Shown here: positions 23,432 to 37,127 of the stretch, piece by piece
Numbering within the stretch: the first letter of the stretch is position 1
How the letters are laid out: each line of letters starts with the position of its first letter
Assembly (NCBI GenBank): GCA_000934665.2
Contig: KZ538134.1
Location: 62,001-117,771, forward strand
DNA: 55,771 nucleotides
Source of the DNA: Catajapyx aquilonaris
Lineage: Eukaryota
Reading direction: 5' to 3'
Notes under the pieces: model-generated
What the model was told of the DNA's origin: nothing
Seen by the model: only the letters and a program-made list of their open reading frames with translations
Database searches by the model: none
Position numbers and translations under genes: made by a program

Positions 23432-26400
23432 TTAGTCTATGACCACATTTGGGCACCGCTCCTTGTACATTGGGTTGTATGGCGTGTTTCTAATGTCGAT
23501 GTATGGCAGCCCCTCTATTGTGGCGCAGAACGCCCGATAGTCCACATCGGACCGGCCGCCCTTCACAACCCTGTATCGCTTGCAGATGGCCTCCATCTCG
23601 GTGGGTGTGATCCTCTGCTCCAGACCCAGGTCCTTCATGGCCCGGCGGAAACGGTTCTCACACACTAGCCCAATGGGTGGGGTATCGTAGTCCTAAAAAG
23701 ACATGCAATATACCTCACAGTCAAAAAAGTTTCGAGAAACACCACAGGAAATCTTGTGCCTACTGATCTCTTCGCCATGTTAAACATTGTGTTTGTGACC
23801 AAAAAAGGTGGTGGAGTTACCTGGAAGGGTGGTCGTATGAGGATTCGCCTCTTTGCTGTCCTGTCAGCTAGTCGCCTCATGGCAGTGACCATGGTTGCAT
23901 GCTCAGTTGTGGTCAGGTAGTTGCGGGACCAATCGTCAGGAGGCACGTGCTGTGCGGGTTTCAGAAGCGGGTACTTCTCAAGCTCTGGCACATACCAGAC
24001 AGACTCCATCTCCTCCATGAAGGCTCGGTAGTTCACCAGCAATGGGTCTTCTTGGCACTGGTAGCTGAAGTAGATAATGGTGAAAGCTGGTAGCATGTTT
24101 ACAAGCTCACAGAGTGAAAACAAGGCACTCTTATTGCACAAAATCTCGAGCAACCAACCTTCCCTGAAGTACCTCCATCTCCCTAGGATTGAGATCAACG
24201 CAGCTCATGTTGATAGCCCTCCGGAACCTATCCTTGCTGATCTTCCCATTCCGGAATCGATCAAAGGTGTCAAAGTAGTGCAGCATGTTGATCCTTTCTC
24301 TGCAGAGCTTGACCTTTATCTTCTGCTGGATAAGCTCAAGGTCACTGTCCTCTGGCTGGATGCCATGCATCCCTCGCAGACGGTTTATCTCCTTCCTGCG
24401 ACCTATGTACTCCCTGAAGCAGGAATTAATATCGTGAGAGGTTTCTGTATAAAAATAATTGGGCGACCGTGCTGAGTACTCACTGGTACATGTGGGGCAC
24501 CTGGGCCGGTGGATACAAGTCATCCAGAAGCCTCTGGTAGTTGAATCCATCTGAATCTCCATACTTGGTAACGAGGGCGGCCACTTCATTTGGTCTAAGT
24601 GGGAGTCCGTAGGTGCCCAGGGTCTTTTGGAAAGCAGCATTGGTGATGTGCCATGTTCCCTGTCGATCGTAGTCCCTGAACATGGGCTTGATGTCCAGGC
24701 GACGCTGGTGGATCCACTCAGAGAGGCGGGCCATGGCACCTTCCCCTAGCTCCCTCACCTGGTCTGGTACTTCAAACTGCCAGTCTACTGCTCCGAAGCG
24801 TCGCCTGTGGATCACGCCCTCTGGCTTCTTCCCAAACAGAAGAGGGTTCTTCTCCAGAGCACGAACAGTATTTACTGTACATAATAAGCGACACTTGTGT
24901 GGTCAATACCATACATTATGAAACAGAGCATTTGTGAAAAACACAAACATTAGGTGTTCTTACACCTAACTGTAAGTGCATGGCCTTATCGAGACTTGGT
25001 CACGATGACATGTACGCATGACTCAGTTTGAACACAAAATCACAACATCACAAACCCGCTGACATTACTGAAACAAAACGAATGTGGCAAGTACCTGCAT
25101 CGATGTCCTTTTCAAATGTGCTCCACAGGACCATGTCCTTGTGGACTGGATGGGTGTATGCCTTAATGAGCTCCTGAATCTCCAATTCACTTATGGGCAG
25201 CTTCCCCACGTTGCTCAGCCCAAGGGTGCTCAGGCAGCGGCGGAACCGGCTAGCAGACATCTTCCCACTTCTCAAAGGGTCAAAGTCCTGCAGATCACGA
25301 GGCAAAATGTATGTACCCCATTCAAATACCAGCAAGTGTAAGTGCATGTGCATTGATCAGCAGCTTCTCCTTAGCACTGGTAAGTGCATCTTAACGATTA
25401 GTGTGTCATTTACCACCCCTACCATGGTCTTCTCACCTGGAAGTGGTTTGGTAACCTGAGCCTGTTCTGGTGGACGAAAAAGCGGATGCGGTCAAGCACC
25501 TCGTTGACATCCACTGCTGGGTCACCCACCTTCTTGAATGCTAGGTCTCGATCACGTGCTACAAAAGGCTAGGAGATAAATGAATAATGCAGCATTGGAA
25601 ATTTTATTACACCTTAGAAAAATGCAACTGACAAATTTTTTTAAACAACTCACATTGTCTAGCTCTCCACTCTTGCAGCACCATGCTGAGTAGGCCAGAT
25701 TGACTTCGTTGGCAAACTTCTCGAAATCAATCTGATGGTTCTTAGTGGCGTAGAACTTGCACAGAGTACTAAAGTCCACAGGGGAAGGCATGATATCCAA
25801 GAACGTCAGGGCTTGGCGAAAGTGGTTCACGGTGTACACACCACTTGAACGAGGAAGCTGCCAGCAAATGTTTCAAATTTACTATTTGTGTGCTAACTTT
25901 TATTATATTTCATCAGTGTAGGACTCTAGGTCAAAAATGAGGCAATCGTATAACTATATATCCATAGCACGTAATCTCATCAAATCAAATAGCATCAAGC
26001 CTTATCATGAAAAGCAGGTCAAGTAGTGTACTTTCATAAAATATTTGTTGGGCTTCTGCTGAAATTTGCATCATTTTTTTTTTGTTAACTTAGATTCATA
26101 TTCATTTTATTTTACATTTGAAAGGTCACTGTTTCAAAAATTAAAAATCAAAATTATTTGACATCACATGACCTTTTAAAAGCATGGCAGTAAAGGTCAG
26201 ATTTTTTTTTTTACAACAGTGGCCCTTCAAAAATTATGATGCGAGTATCTCAGGGTTGAATAAAAATATGGCCAATGAAGAGGTACTGACCCCATATTCC
26301 TGGGAAGGCAAAATGAGCAGCTGCTTCTTTCTGAGGGTGCAAGCAATTTTCTTCACAACTATGTCAGTTGCCTCCTTCTCAGCATCAGTAAAGTCCTTTA

Positions 26401-28135
26401 CTGGCACCCAGGCACTAGAGTATGGGCAAGGGAGGGCAGGAAGTGGCTCCTTAGGAGTCAGCTCTTCAACGCATGTATCTGCCAATGGTAAATTCATAAT
26501 TAACTCTCTCACAATGCTAAGCTATTTAATCCACTTCTACATCAGTTGTACTACATTACAATACCATGCATGTAACAGCAGGCGTAATGGCAAGTGAGCA
26601 TTCTAATGTCTCTGATACAGTCTTTCTTAAACATGGTGAAGTTAGTTTGTAAACATGAACTCACATTTTTCAGTCATCTTGCAAAACTCCTCATAGTTGA
26701 CCTGGCATTTTTGGAAAGTGAAATAATCTGTGAGGGCTTCCACATCTTCTTCCTTAAGGTCTGCTTGTAAGCCCAGGCAGGCCCTCAGTGTGGACGCAAA
26801 CTGATATGCTTTAGAATGAAGGCAAGAAAAGGAAATTATGCAATTGCAGACAGTAGAAAACCTATGCTTAAAAAGAAAGGCGGTGTGTTATGGTTGGCCC
26901 TCAGTTATCTGCAGTCTCATTATCCACAGTTTCATTTTCCACGGCTTGAAAACATATTGATTTAATTAAAATGATGAATTACAAAATTCAATGTTGTAAC
27001 TATCCTATTTTATGATAATAGACTTTGTCTCTGAATGTAAGTATGATTTGTAAACAAAACTATCACAAGTGCATATGTTAAAAACCGAATGTCAATATAA
27101 GGAGTTCAATTAATTGGCGGCAGGGGTGGCGGCCTTGGAACCAAATAACCTACATAACCTGGGATGGCTGTGTCCCAAAGGGGAATTACTAAATCTCCAA
27201 GTAAAAAAATTAATGATGAGGGCCAATTTATGATTATGGAAGATATAAAAATTGAATGTCACACATAACTCACACCCTGTAGTTTCACTCTGTCGGAAGC
27301 TGGAAACGTACCTGGAATGCAGCCATTCTTGAGAATGTCATGGGGTTTAAACTCCTTGAATAAGTCTATCTTATCTCGAAGGACGATGCGCCGAATTCGA
27401 GTCAGCAGACCTTTCAGATAATCATTCTGAAAGAAGAAAATTGAAGGTGCTGTTACTGGTTTCCATACTTCTAGATAAGATATGAGTAATAAAATACCTG
27501 GTTTCAGTATTTGGAAGCGATTCAAATAGGCACCAATTGCAATAAAGTGCGTGTTAACGTAACAATGCACTTGTCATGCCACACATTGAAAAAATTATTC
27601 AAAACATGCAGGTGACACTCAAATTTTCACCTTGGGTCAAAAATTGTTGAGTCATTCTTTCAAAAGTTTGTTGAAATATCAAATAATTTCCATCACAATT
27701 ATATTATTATAATAATTGCACAATATTTAATCACATTTTAGAACTAGTCGTGATGTACTCTGCAGCATGTAGTTACACCAATACAATAGTACTGAAGGCC
27801 TTGCATTACATCAAATTAATAGTTACATTTCCATGAAATCCAAGGATTAATTGTTGACTCCAGAGTGACATGCTTCAAGCCGGATGAATTCTACTAATGC
27901 AGGAATTTTTCAGAGTTTACCAGATCTACATTATGATAATTAGGAAGTAACTTAAAGTATAGCAATCTGACTGAGGTTTTATAAGAAGAAATAGAAGACT
28001 CACAGGCTCACGGAATCCACAGTGATCATACTGCCAGTCGATCGCGGCTGGCCCAAGGTGAGCAGCGTCAGCTCTTTTTTCCTCCTTGCACTGCAATGGC
28101 ACATCGCAGTAGCATGTCTCCCCGCCAGTACTCAT
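23432..28135 (-). CDS. Multi-EF-hand protein, EFCAB6/CFAP115-like (probably ciliary/axonemal)
   Basis: About 11 GT-AG exons from MSTGGETCYC (28135) to PNVVID* (23432); repeated paired EF-hand-like modules (FKPHDILKNGCIP, FQDFDPLRSGKMSASRFRRCL, FRDYDRQGTWHITNAAFQKTL, FDTFDRFRNGKISKDRFRRAI, FQDYDTPPIGLVCENRFRRAM) followed by V-N/D-Y-x-x-F second hands. The family name is tentative. Confidence 0.8.
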
Positions 28136-28226
28136 GTCTGCTTAGTCTGTATAAATTGCTTAATTTCTCTTCACTACAAATATAAAAAAATATGCAGCAT
28201 CACCCGATCCCACCCTAGAACATTTG

Positions 28227-28249
28227 GTAACTACGGAAACCAACAAACA
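28227..28249. promoter_or_regulatory. RFX X-box with adjacent forkhead site upstream of the EF-hand gene
   Basis: GTAACTACGGAAAC (reverse GTTTCCGTAGTTAC) at 28227-28240 and ACAAACA at 28243-28249, about 100 bp from the ATG. Confidence 0.6.
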
Positions 28250-28385
28250 CTATAGGGAATAGCTTGTATATTTTTCACTTTTATTACTATAATTACCAGC
28301 TATAATATATCTCCAAGAAAGGCACTTCTTTCAATTTCCACAGGGGATGGAAAAATATAAGTACAGTTGTACATTACGACATCTG

Positions 28386-31300
28386 TCATGGAAACATTAG
28401 CTTCATGTAGTCATTGAGGAAGGCTTCCTCTGCTTCTAGGGTCAAGTCCAAATGATCAGTCTCAGAAGTGGGCAGGTCAGTGACTAGGTTCTGGAAGGCC
28501 TTCATCGCTTGTTCTCGCGTTTGCTGCTTGGAGGTGCCTTCGCCCGAGTCAGACTCTGGTTCCAATGAAAGAGGCAAGAAAGATTTGAAAATGTAGGAAG
28601 TGCAATGTGCTCTCTGTAAAACTACGTTGCACTTTAAAATTAAGCAATAGTTGGTTGAAGGTAGTCTAGATCAGTGGTTTTCAAACTGGGGTACGCGAAC
28701 ACAATTTTGGGGGCATGCGAAAGATTTGGTCAATGGCATCCACTTTCCATATTTCGTGAGAACCATTATCCTGATTGGCGATAGAATACTAGGGACTAGG
28801 ATGATAAGATTAATGGCACATATTCCAGTGTAAATATCGGCAGTCTGACTAGAAATGAAGAAATTCCTTCTAGTGCCATGTAGGGTCAATACGAGTATGC
28901 AGCACTGTGGAACTTCAAAATAGATCCATCTCCCAGCAGGTGCAGAACAACTTATTCCCATTCTAGTGTAACAGTCATCAGTGTATGGAACCTTGCTCAG
29001 TTGTGCCCTGAATGTTGTTCGCAGTAGCAGTGCTGGAAGTTCCTCGATTCGTGGGCTATGTGACTGCTAGGAAAATAATTGAATCAGTTGTTACGGAAAG
29101 GGCCTACTTGTAAGTGCTATGAACGAATTTCGACCCATTTCTGAGGAAAACACACAAAATTGTCCTACTTATTCCCATTCTTTTTTCCTATTATTAGTTT
29201 AGTGAAGATTTATCATACGCAGCAGAGGAATTTGACTGATGCTGTTTTCATTCAGCATGAAACTCAAGCATTGAAACTCAAGAAGCAACATGACAGTGTT
29301 AACTCAAAAATTTCAAATTTCGAAGCAACTGCATATGGACCAGTGGAGGAGTGTTCAATGCCAACATACTAGTATTGCAGGTGCGGATCCAGAGAGGATT
29401 TTGGGGGGAGGAACTATTATGTATTAATGTTGCCCTCCCACGCACACACACACAAAACCACTCTTTTCAAAGCACACATAGCGTTTCGGACTCAACAAAA
29501 ATGCCAATATGCGAATTTCGTGCTGGGATTGGATTAGAAAATGCCCATAAGACGTGGCCACTTCTGATTTTCCACTCCTCCATGTATAGCTACATGCCAG
29601 TAATAAATAGTCTCATTGTCGTTTGGCAAATTTTGAAAGGGACGGCAGAAATGTTGTTTTTTTCGCTCCTGGATGGCCCCTGGGCGGAGAGATATGATGG
29701 TTATGGGGGTAATGGATGATTGGATGGACACCTTTGAGTTGGTGTTTCTGTGGGGCTTTTGGATGACAGCACCAGTACTGTGGTACAGTACTTTGTTCTG
29801 GCCCTGCCAGGCAAGGTTCCTCACAATTCCTGATGTCAGTTGTGAAGGTAGCAAGCTGAGCACTAATTGTGGGTTGTTATCTGACCAACAATGCTGCCCA
29901 TCTTGTGCAGGTCTACAAAGTTATTGTGGCTATGCCAAGTGCCAATCTCTGGTGCCTGATTAATTGGCAAAGTCACATTACGTTTTAGGCCCATTCAGGA
30001 CATATTCCTTCAGAGGCATGTTTGGTTTTTTTGCAGAGTTTTTTTGTTCTCCTGAAAGGACCAAAATCGTTCAGAAGTAATACTACGAATCATGTTTACA
30101 TGACACGTATGCCAAAAAAAAATCTACATTTTCCTCTGATTGTTCCAAACAAAGGAAAAGGAAAATTATTTAGAAAAATATTTGGCAACATATTGTGCAA
30201 GTGGAAACTGTGGCTATAAGCAGTATAGAGTCCAGAGCAAGTGATACTAGCTTGCACTTTGTTTTTTGCCCAAATTTCGTGATTGCCTGTCAATTTATCG
30301 TTGTTATTCTGTTTTTGCTATGCTTTGTGACCTTATATTTATACTTCAGGCCTATAAATTATTCTAGCTTTTTTATTTTATGTAAAATTATCCTCCATAC
30401 TCCCGAAAAAGTAACAATTTTGGGCCTATATTTGAGGTTTTTTCGTGCCTAAAAATCTGGACTCTACTTATATCACCAGGAAATGCGTCGTACCTTGCCA
30501 AGCAGCTATGGCACAAAGACATACAGTATCAGTGCAGTCACTCCAAGGCCACACATACGGTCATTCAACACAAAAATGAGGTCAAATCTGAAATGCCTGT
30601 GACCTTTCCCATTGAAAGTCACCCCTAGCAGACCAACATATCACATTTTTCTAGGGTGCTTCATATTCATTTGCATCGAGAAGGGAACAAACATACACAT
30701 ATCCATCCAACCCCATAGTCTAGCCCGCCACCCCCATTTTCCGTAGTTTCAGATCCCCTATTCTGTCCAGCCAGGCAAAAAAGTGACCTACAAAGCCTAC
30801 AAAAAAACGAATATGCAGGGAAACTTCCCACTTTGCATATTGGCAAATGAAACCCAGCTACTACACAAAAGTCGCATTTTGGCCCTTTACAGAAGACCAG
30901 AAGTCCAGAACACGTTCCTGTTTTCCCCAGCTCGATGAACTTTTCCGGTGTTTGAGCGCTGCCAGTAGCTGTGGCTACATCTGGGACAGTTCCAAAGACT
31001 ATGGTGGTTATGCAGCTAGGATAGTGTGAGTTTTGCATGAAACAAGACCGCATGCTTCTAATGAAATTGAGGCTGATGAATTGGCTGATGGGGGGCGGAT
31101 GTCACCTATTCATCCCCCCCCCCCCCTCCCCCACTGGTCTCTAGATGAACCAAATCTAACACATTTTCTCACAATCAAAGGCATCTTACATTACCAGTGC
31201 TGGCACCCCAGATCATGCCACCAGCTTTCTTTTCGATTACTTTTCCTAGATAGGCTACTACATCTTACAAAAGCATAAAAGGTGTCAAGAGCTTATTTTA

Positions 31301-34300
31301 ATACTGCAATAATTCTCTCGTAATAAACAAACTCCCATTTTTTTTCTTCCTGCAAGCCATCTTCACTTCACATTACCTGAGGAATCATCATCATCGAAGG
31401 TCAAATTGTCCGCAACCAAATCAGAAACTGCTTTTGAAATGTCTCCTGCATGTTTCTGCAGAGCCTTGCGAGCCATTTCTTCAGTGTAACCCATAGCTGT
31501 CACCTAGTGAATCAAGGTACCTATTTTATTATTTGTCACTTGATTTTATTTGAATATTCACTTTATTATATAAATGGTTAAGCACCTTCGAACTAACCAT
31601 TGCACAGTGGGGCAGATTTGTGAAAAGGCAGACAAAATTGTTTTCAGACAGTGAGTGTACAGTGTAAAAAGTATCATATGACATTATCAGCACCTTTGAG
31701 CATCACAAATGAGTAGCGGGACCAGCTGGACTTAGAAACTTGGCCAGCTGCCCAAATAGGGGCGATATGTAAAGTCATTCTGCCACCCTCTTCTTCAGTG
31801 AGTGTGTTTGGTCCTCAGTCGGTGGAATGTTCTTTGGCTCTCAAATTTTTGTGGCCGATTTCCCACTATGGCATCTGTGTTTCAAAGTATGAGATACATC
31901 CTCGTCACATTTTTGATACTCTAATACAGAGTTTCCCAAACTGTGCTCCGCGAAGCTTTTCCTAGTGCTCCGCGAAGAGGTTGGGAAAAAAAGGAATTCT
32001 TCAATAAGCTATACCCATTCAAATCTCTCAGTAGCTTGTGTGACCTTGAACCCAAAAAAATTTCGCCTGCGTCGCTCTTTCGCCCCTCCCATTCTAATTT
32101 ACTGATTTGGCGCTCCCCCTCCCCCCTCCAACCCAGAATTTTTTTCTGCTTACGCGGCTCGATGATCTTGGTGCTCCGTCACGAATATCTCTCCTGAAAA
32201 GTGCTCCGCGACTCAAAAAGTTTGGGAACCTCTGCTCTAATACATCATCTTCAAAAGTAATCTTTATGTTGAAATAGGTGCCTTTTTATAATGCTAATGC
32301 AAGTAAGAACATGGTGTTCTTGCCATACAAAACTCGCGTCACGCCGCGCCCTGGAGATATATGTGGTAAGACAAAGATTAAGTCCTTGGCAACTTGAAAA
32401 ATCTAACTTTGGCTGCACTAACCTATACTCAATTAATATAAAAAATACAATCCCCCCCCCCTTCCAGGTACGGAATCTAATTTAATCTAATTTAATCGAA
32501 CATTACGTATGAAAACTTTCGCTCTAAGTGAGTCACCTCTGGCAAATATGAGGGTTGATTCATAAGTCATGGTGTGTATTTTTAAATTCAAAAACAGTAA
32601 CATATACAGAGATGACCTTTGCTGAGTTTTGAAGATCCAGCGATTACAATTTTATCTGGCATATAGATGTCACCCATATCACGAGAGGGATGGGGAAACG
32701 AAGGGGGAATGTGAGCCCCCCCCACCGCTCTATCGCCCTAAGACTGCCCGAGCCTGACACGCTTGGAGCTGTGGGACTTTGCATGCTGGACACTCGGCGA
32801 CGGACAACACGGGAGCTTGATTTCAAGTGTGGGACTAGTCAGAGCACTATACGTCTATGCTTAGGACTCCGAAAGACTGAAAGGTCTCAGGAAGTTGGTA
32901 TCCTCGCTGGTTCCTCACCATCTCTTTGAGGTGCAAAAGTCCCGCCATTTTGCCCTCGCTTGGAACTCTTTGGCATTGAGGACGGTGGTTTTTTAAAACT
33001 GTCTTTGGCGATGGATGACACATGGCTCCGGTCATAGTGCTCTGACTCGTCCCACCCTCGAAAGCAAGCTCCTGTGTTGTCCATCTCCGAGTGTCCCGCA
33101 TACAGCATCCAACAGCTCCAAGTGCGTCAGGCTCGGGCTGTCTTAGGGCGATGGTGCGGTGAGGGGGTCACGATCCTCTTTTGTTTTCCGCCCCTCCTTG
33201 CAATATGGGCGGAATCTATATGCCAGATAAAATTGTAATCGCCGGAGCTTCAAAACTCAGCAAAGGTCATCTATGTATGTGTTACCGTTTTTTAATAAAA
33301 AAATACGTGCCATGACTTTTGAATCAACCCTCGTACTGATGCAGCTTTCTCCATGTCAATAGAATTTTCACTGACTCGAAGGGAATGATTTAACATAATG
33401 CAGTATGTTTTTGTTGCAAACGTAATTAGCTGCCAGGGCTCATTTTTAAATGAGGTATTTTTTTGTAATTATTTTCTATATTCCACTCTAAGTCACAGAG
33501 ATAAAGCAAAAATAAAACATTTTATGTATCATTAACTTTTACTGTCCTTTCATTTCGCAAGTTTTCACAAATACTATATAGAAATGTCCCACACGACCGC
33601 CATATTGGATCCGCCATTTTTATTTTCACATTGTTGAGAGCATAAATAAAATCAGCAACTTAAAAAAAAAAAGATTTTTTTCATGACTATCCAACTAATA
33701 TTTATATAAATGTCCGGCTTCACAAATCTGCCCCACTGTGCATTGTTGGGGACAAGGGCAAAATGGAGACGGGAAAATTTTCGCAAGACTAAGCCAAGGT
33801 AAAGGAAAGTGACAAGTTGTCTCTGAATGTAAAGGCCGACATGGACAATGCAGATCTCTGCAGATGATGCCGGTGTAAGAACTAGATTTGTAATTTGGGT
33901 TACTGAGATGGCCACACAAAGGCAGAACAAAATATCTAAATTCGGCTGTTCATCCTGACCTGCCTAAGAAGTTGCTCCGCTATCTCTTTCTTCTTCTTCT
34001 TGGATGGTGGCTTGTTAGCTTCTGGATCAGGAGCATGGAAGAGTTCAGGTGACTCCTGCAAGTGGTGAATGGCAGCATTGATGTCATTGTTCGTCTGGGC
34101 CAGGGCCATGGAAGCAGGACCAGAGGGAAAACCCATTCCCTTCATTGCTTTGTACAGGCCAACGTCCACCCAGTCCTTTCCATTAGCACACTTTCCCAGT
34201 TGTTTGCGGAGTCGCATTTCACGGGCTTTTTGTGCTTCTCTTTGTCGTATTTCTTCCCTTTCCTTCCGATGGTTAATTATGTGCTCAACTGCAGCAGGGA

Positions 34301-36298
34301 CATCTCCTGATGTAGCCCGCAGACCCTGCCTAAATGTGAATGCGACAGTAAGAAAACAGAAAAAACCGTGAGCTCCTACTCTACATAATTATCATGAAAG
34401 TATTGCAACTGTTGCTACATCAAACCATTACATTTTACTATGCATGTGCTCACATAAACAGCTGTCATTTGGAAATATCTGTATCCAAACATATTGAGAA
34501 TTAATTTCTCATTCATGTTACACACCTTCCCTCGGAAGGTGTGTATCCCAGAGAGATGAGTTCTGCCAGCTTGGCATCATCCACCTTGAGACTGGCCATC
34601 TCTGACGACACTCGGAGAAATAAGGGCTTGGCCTCATCCAGACGCCCCTGGTGGTATGCCACTATAGCCTGCAGGAGGTGCAGGCGGACAAAGAGTGCAG
34701 ATTCCATTCCTGCCAGCAAAAAGGCGTTATTATTCTTATGCTGCAAACACCTCAGTTTAAAACTGACCCCTACTGATCATCAAGTGACCAACCTGTAGTT
34801 CCCTTGAGAACCATAACTCGCTCCATATTATGTCCATAGCTCTTCTCCAGGTTCTCTTCACATTGCTGGAGTCTCTGTGATGCAGCTGGAAGTTCCTGCA
34901 AGGAGTGGAGGCACAGGTAGCACCAGGCAACATCCAGATGAAGCAGAGCATAGTTGTCCACACACTTCAGCAGCTCCGACTGGCACTGTGAGTATTCCCG
35001 GTCTGCTTCCAGGAGGAACACCAGAGCAAGGGAGTGGTCTTCCCGCTTAAGTGCTGCACGGCCCTTCTCATGGAGAGCCAAGGCTACTGCCAGGGCCTTC
35101 TTCTCCTCCAGAGGAAGCTCGAGAGATTTTCCAGACTGATCTGCCACCTGTGAGGAATATTCAGGATTTGAGAGAGTCAAGTGGCTGTAAGGCTGGTGTC
35201 CGAGCTACTGCGCTTTGTTGGACTACATCAAGGCAAACCACATGTAAAGCAGCATGTGAAAGCCCACCTGCAGGCTGTAGTCTTCATCAATTGCACTGGC
35301 TTTCCCAGCTAATAGATATGCATCTGACTTGGTGGACTCTAGTGCCCTCCTTCTTTCTTCCGCATTCCTGGCAGTTGCCTCATCCTCCGACAGCAGGAGA
35401 GCCATGATCTGACTTCCATTTTGCACACCTTGATCACTCAGAGATTCTTCCTCCTTCAGGACCCGACCACTACAAATCAGCTTTATTCTGAAAATGATTT
35501 TAAACAATAATAAAAGACAATCGAGCCATTCGCAAGACAAAAATGCTGTCGCCTGATCAAATTTCTCATTGTCACTATTTTTTAAGTAATTCAGAAAAAA
35601 CAGGACTTGACATTAAGCTTTCGTGCACTTGAGGTGCTATTTACGCAGTGTCGTTGTCTAGTGCCACTAGTAAATTTTTAGCAAAGTAACAATCGGTGCA
35701 CCTGTCCATGTCAATGTTTCCCTGAGTGGACACCAAGGCTTTCAACTGCTTCCCACAAGCATCCAGCTGCACCTCCACCTTCAGAACCATCCCTCGTTCG
35801 ACACCAGGTCCCGACACCTTCACCCTCAGACTAGCAATTCCAGTTTCCTGAAACTTGCTCTTTGCCGCCAGCTTTTCCAGGGCATGTGACTGGAGATGCT
35901 TAAGAGACTGGAGGGTCACGCTGGACGTGAGGCCCAGCTCGTTGGCATATCTGTCGGCCAGTACCTAAGGAGGCAAGAGTTACACGTCATTCTAGCCATG
36001 TGTCAGCGTACGTTGATGTGCAGGCCACCCGTGCAATCATGTGTTCTAATGACGTGTAAATGCCATTTTTGTCGTGACGACTTCCCCGTGGTCGCTGCAC
36101 AACGGTCCATCTGAATGTGCGGGCATGTGTGTATACCTGTATTTCCTGGCACGGCTGACCCCCAGCCTGGTCCCAGTAGGGTTCGGCCCATAGTCGCACC
36201 CCTTCCTGGTTGAGCCTGGCCCTAACCCGACGCAGGACCGCCTCGTCCAGGGCGGAACACGGGCCAGAGGACGAGCATCCAGCTGCGGACGACGCCAT
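28386..36298 (-). CDS. NUB1: NEDD8 ultimate buster 1 (UBL + 3 UBA domains)
   Basis: Exons about 36137-36298, 35702-35963, 35269-35487, 34792-35147, 34526-34709, 33959-34329, 31377-31503, 28386-28555; IKLICSGRVLKEEESLSDQGVQNGSQIM (UBL), LALHEKGRAALKRED, VDNYALLHLDVAWCYL, RLHLLQAIVAYHQG, UBA cores LGY/MGF/MGY, C-terminal DHLDLTLEAEEAFLNDY. Confidence 0.93.
31927..32234. mobile_element. hAT (Charlie-like) MITE nested in the Transib element
   Basis: CAGAGTTTCCCAAAC / GTTTGGGAACCTCTG ends; perfect 8-bp TSD CTCTAATA; GTGCTCCG subterminal repeats. Confidence 0.9.
32549..33333. mobile_element. mariner-type foldback MITE with ~300-bp inverted arms, nested in the Transib element
   Basis: TA|(T/C)GAGGGTTGATTCA...TGAATCAACCCTCG|TA; arms about 32549-32850 and 33034-33333. 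Confidence 0.88.
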
Positions 36299-36584
36299 CT
36301 TCTTGCAATCTGACCGTCACTGTCACAACATGTGACGACGACAACTGAACATGCCTGTCACGCTCAACGATACCAAATAAGACTCAAAGAGGCGATACCA
36401 AAGCGATACCATCTGGAATCCACCAATAGAAGACAAGGACGGGAATATTCTGAATGTGTGAGGGGGGGGGAAATCATATCCTACACGCGGTCGCCGACTC
36501 ATCACCTAGGTGCATGTAGTGTGAAGTGGGAGTAGTGCGCACTGCGCAGAGCATCTACGGGCTGGGCAGTGGTGCCAAATTTTG

Positions 36585-36745
36585 GCAACCGAGTGCGCAC
36601 CACAGTTCGCGCAATCCAACACCTGATGGGGTAACAATATGGCCGAATTTTGCGACGTTGCCGAGGCTCCGGAACGTATCTGCTATGTGGCAACGTTGTT
36701 GTCGGAACAATGGACTTGCGCGAGTGTGGGTGCGCACTCGGTTGC
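36585..36745. repeat. Inverted repeat (small MITE-like element) in the NUB1 upstream region
   Basis: GCAACCGAGTGCGCACC...CGCGCAATCCA is inverted at about 36711-36745; no clear TSD. Confidence 0.6.
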
Positions 36746-36827
36746 GCTCGTAAAAAATTCATCTTTTTAATAGTACCGGGCACCGACGGTATGGATAGAA
36801 AAACTTATTAAAAACATATTTTATATT

Positions 36828-37127
36828 TTATTGTGACAGTGATGCTTTGCGGTCGCAGCACTTCTCGTCCGGGTTGTACACCAGTGGTGGTGGACAGCAG
36901 ACTTTCCAGGCCAGTCCACCGCTGCAGGAGCAGTAACAATGGATGTCGTCGGGGTCAGGGAATACCACTGGGTTGTATGGATCGACCTTGGGACACTTGT
37001 CTGCAACCTCCTGGGAACAGTACGTGGGTTGTGGAGTAGTTGCATCGGATTCAGGCCTGTTGATGTCCCGTGACATGCATGCCACCACCAGCATCGAAAA
37101 GAGAAGGATCAGCGACAGGTGCTTCAT
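36828..37127 (-). CDS. Secreted Cys-rich peptide with atypical chitin-binding type-2 (peritrophin-A-like) domain, paralog A
   Basis: Signal peptide MKHLSLILLFSMLVVACMS; CPKVDPYNPVVFPDPDDIHCYCSCSGGLAWKVCCPPPLVYNPDEKCCD; TATA box near 37253-37260, 5'UTR intron with donor near 37199. Confidence 0.8.
   Translation of the reverse strand: MKHLSLILLFSMLVVACMSRDINRPESDATTPQPTYCSQEVADKCPKVDPYNPVVFPDPDDIHCYCSCSGGLAWKVCCPPPLVYNPDEKCCDRKASLSQ

Larger units (their letters stand above)
31603..33740. mobile_element. Non-autonomous Transib-superfamily element in a NUB1 intron
   Basis: Perfect 22-bp TIR CACAGTGGGGCAGATTTGTGAA; 5-bp TSD CATTG at 31598-31602 and 33741-33745. Confidence 0.88.

Noticed and set aside
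28664..29410. hAT-like left ends (CAGTGGTTTTCAAAC near 28672; CAGGTGCGGATCCAG near 29378)
   Set aside because: No matching right TIR or TSD found, so boundaries cannot be supported.
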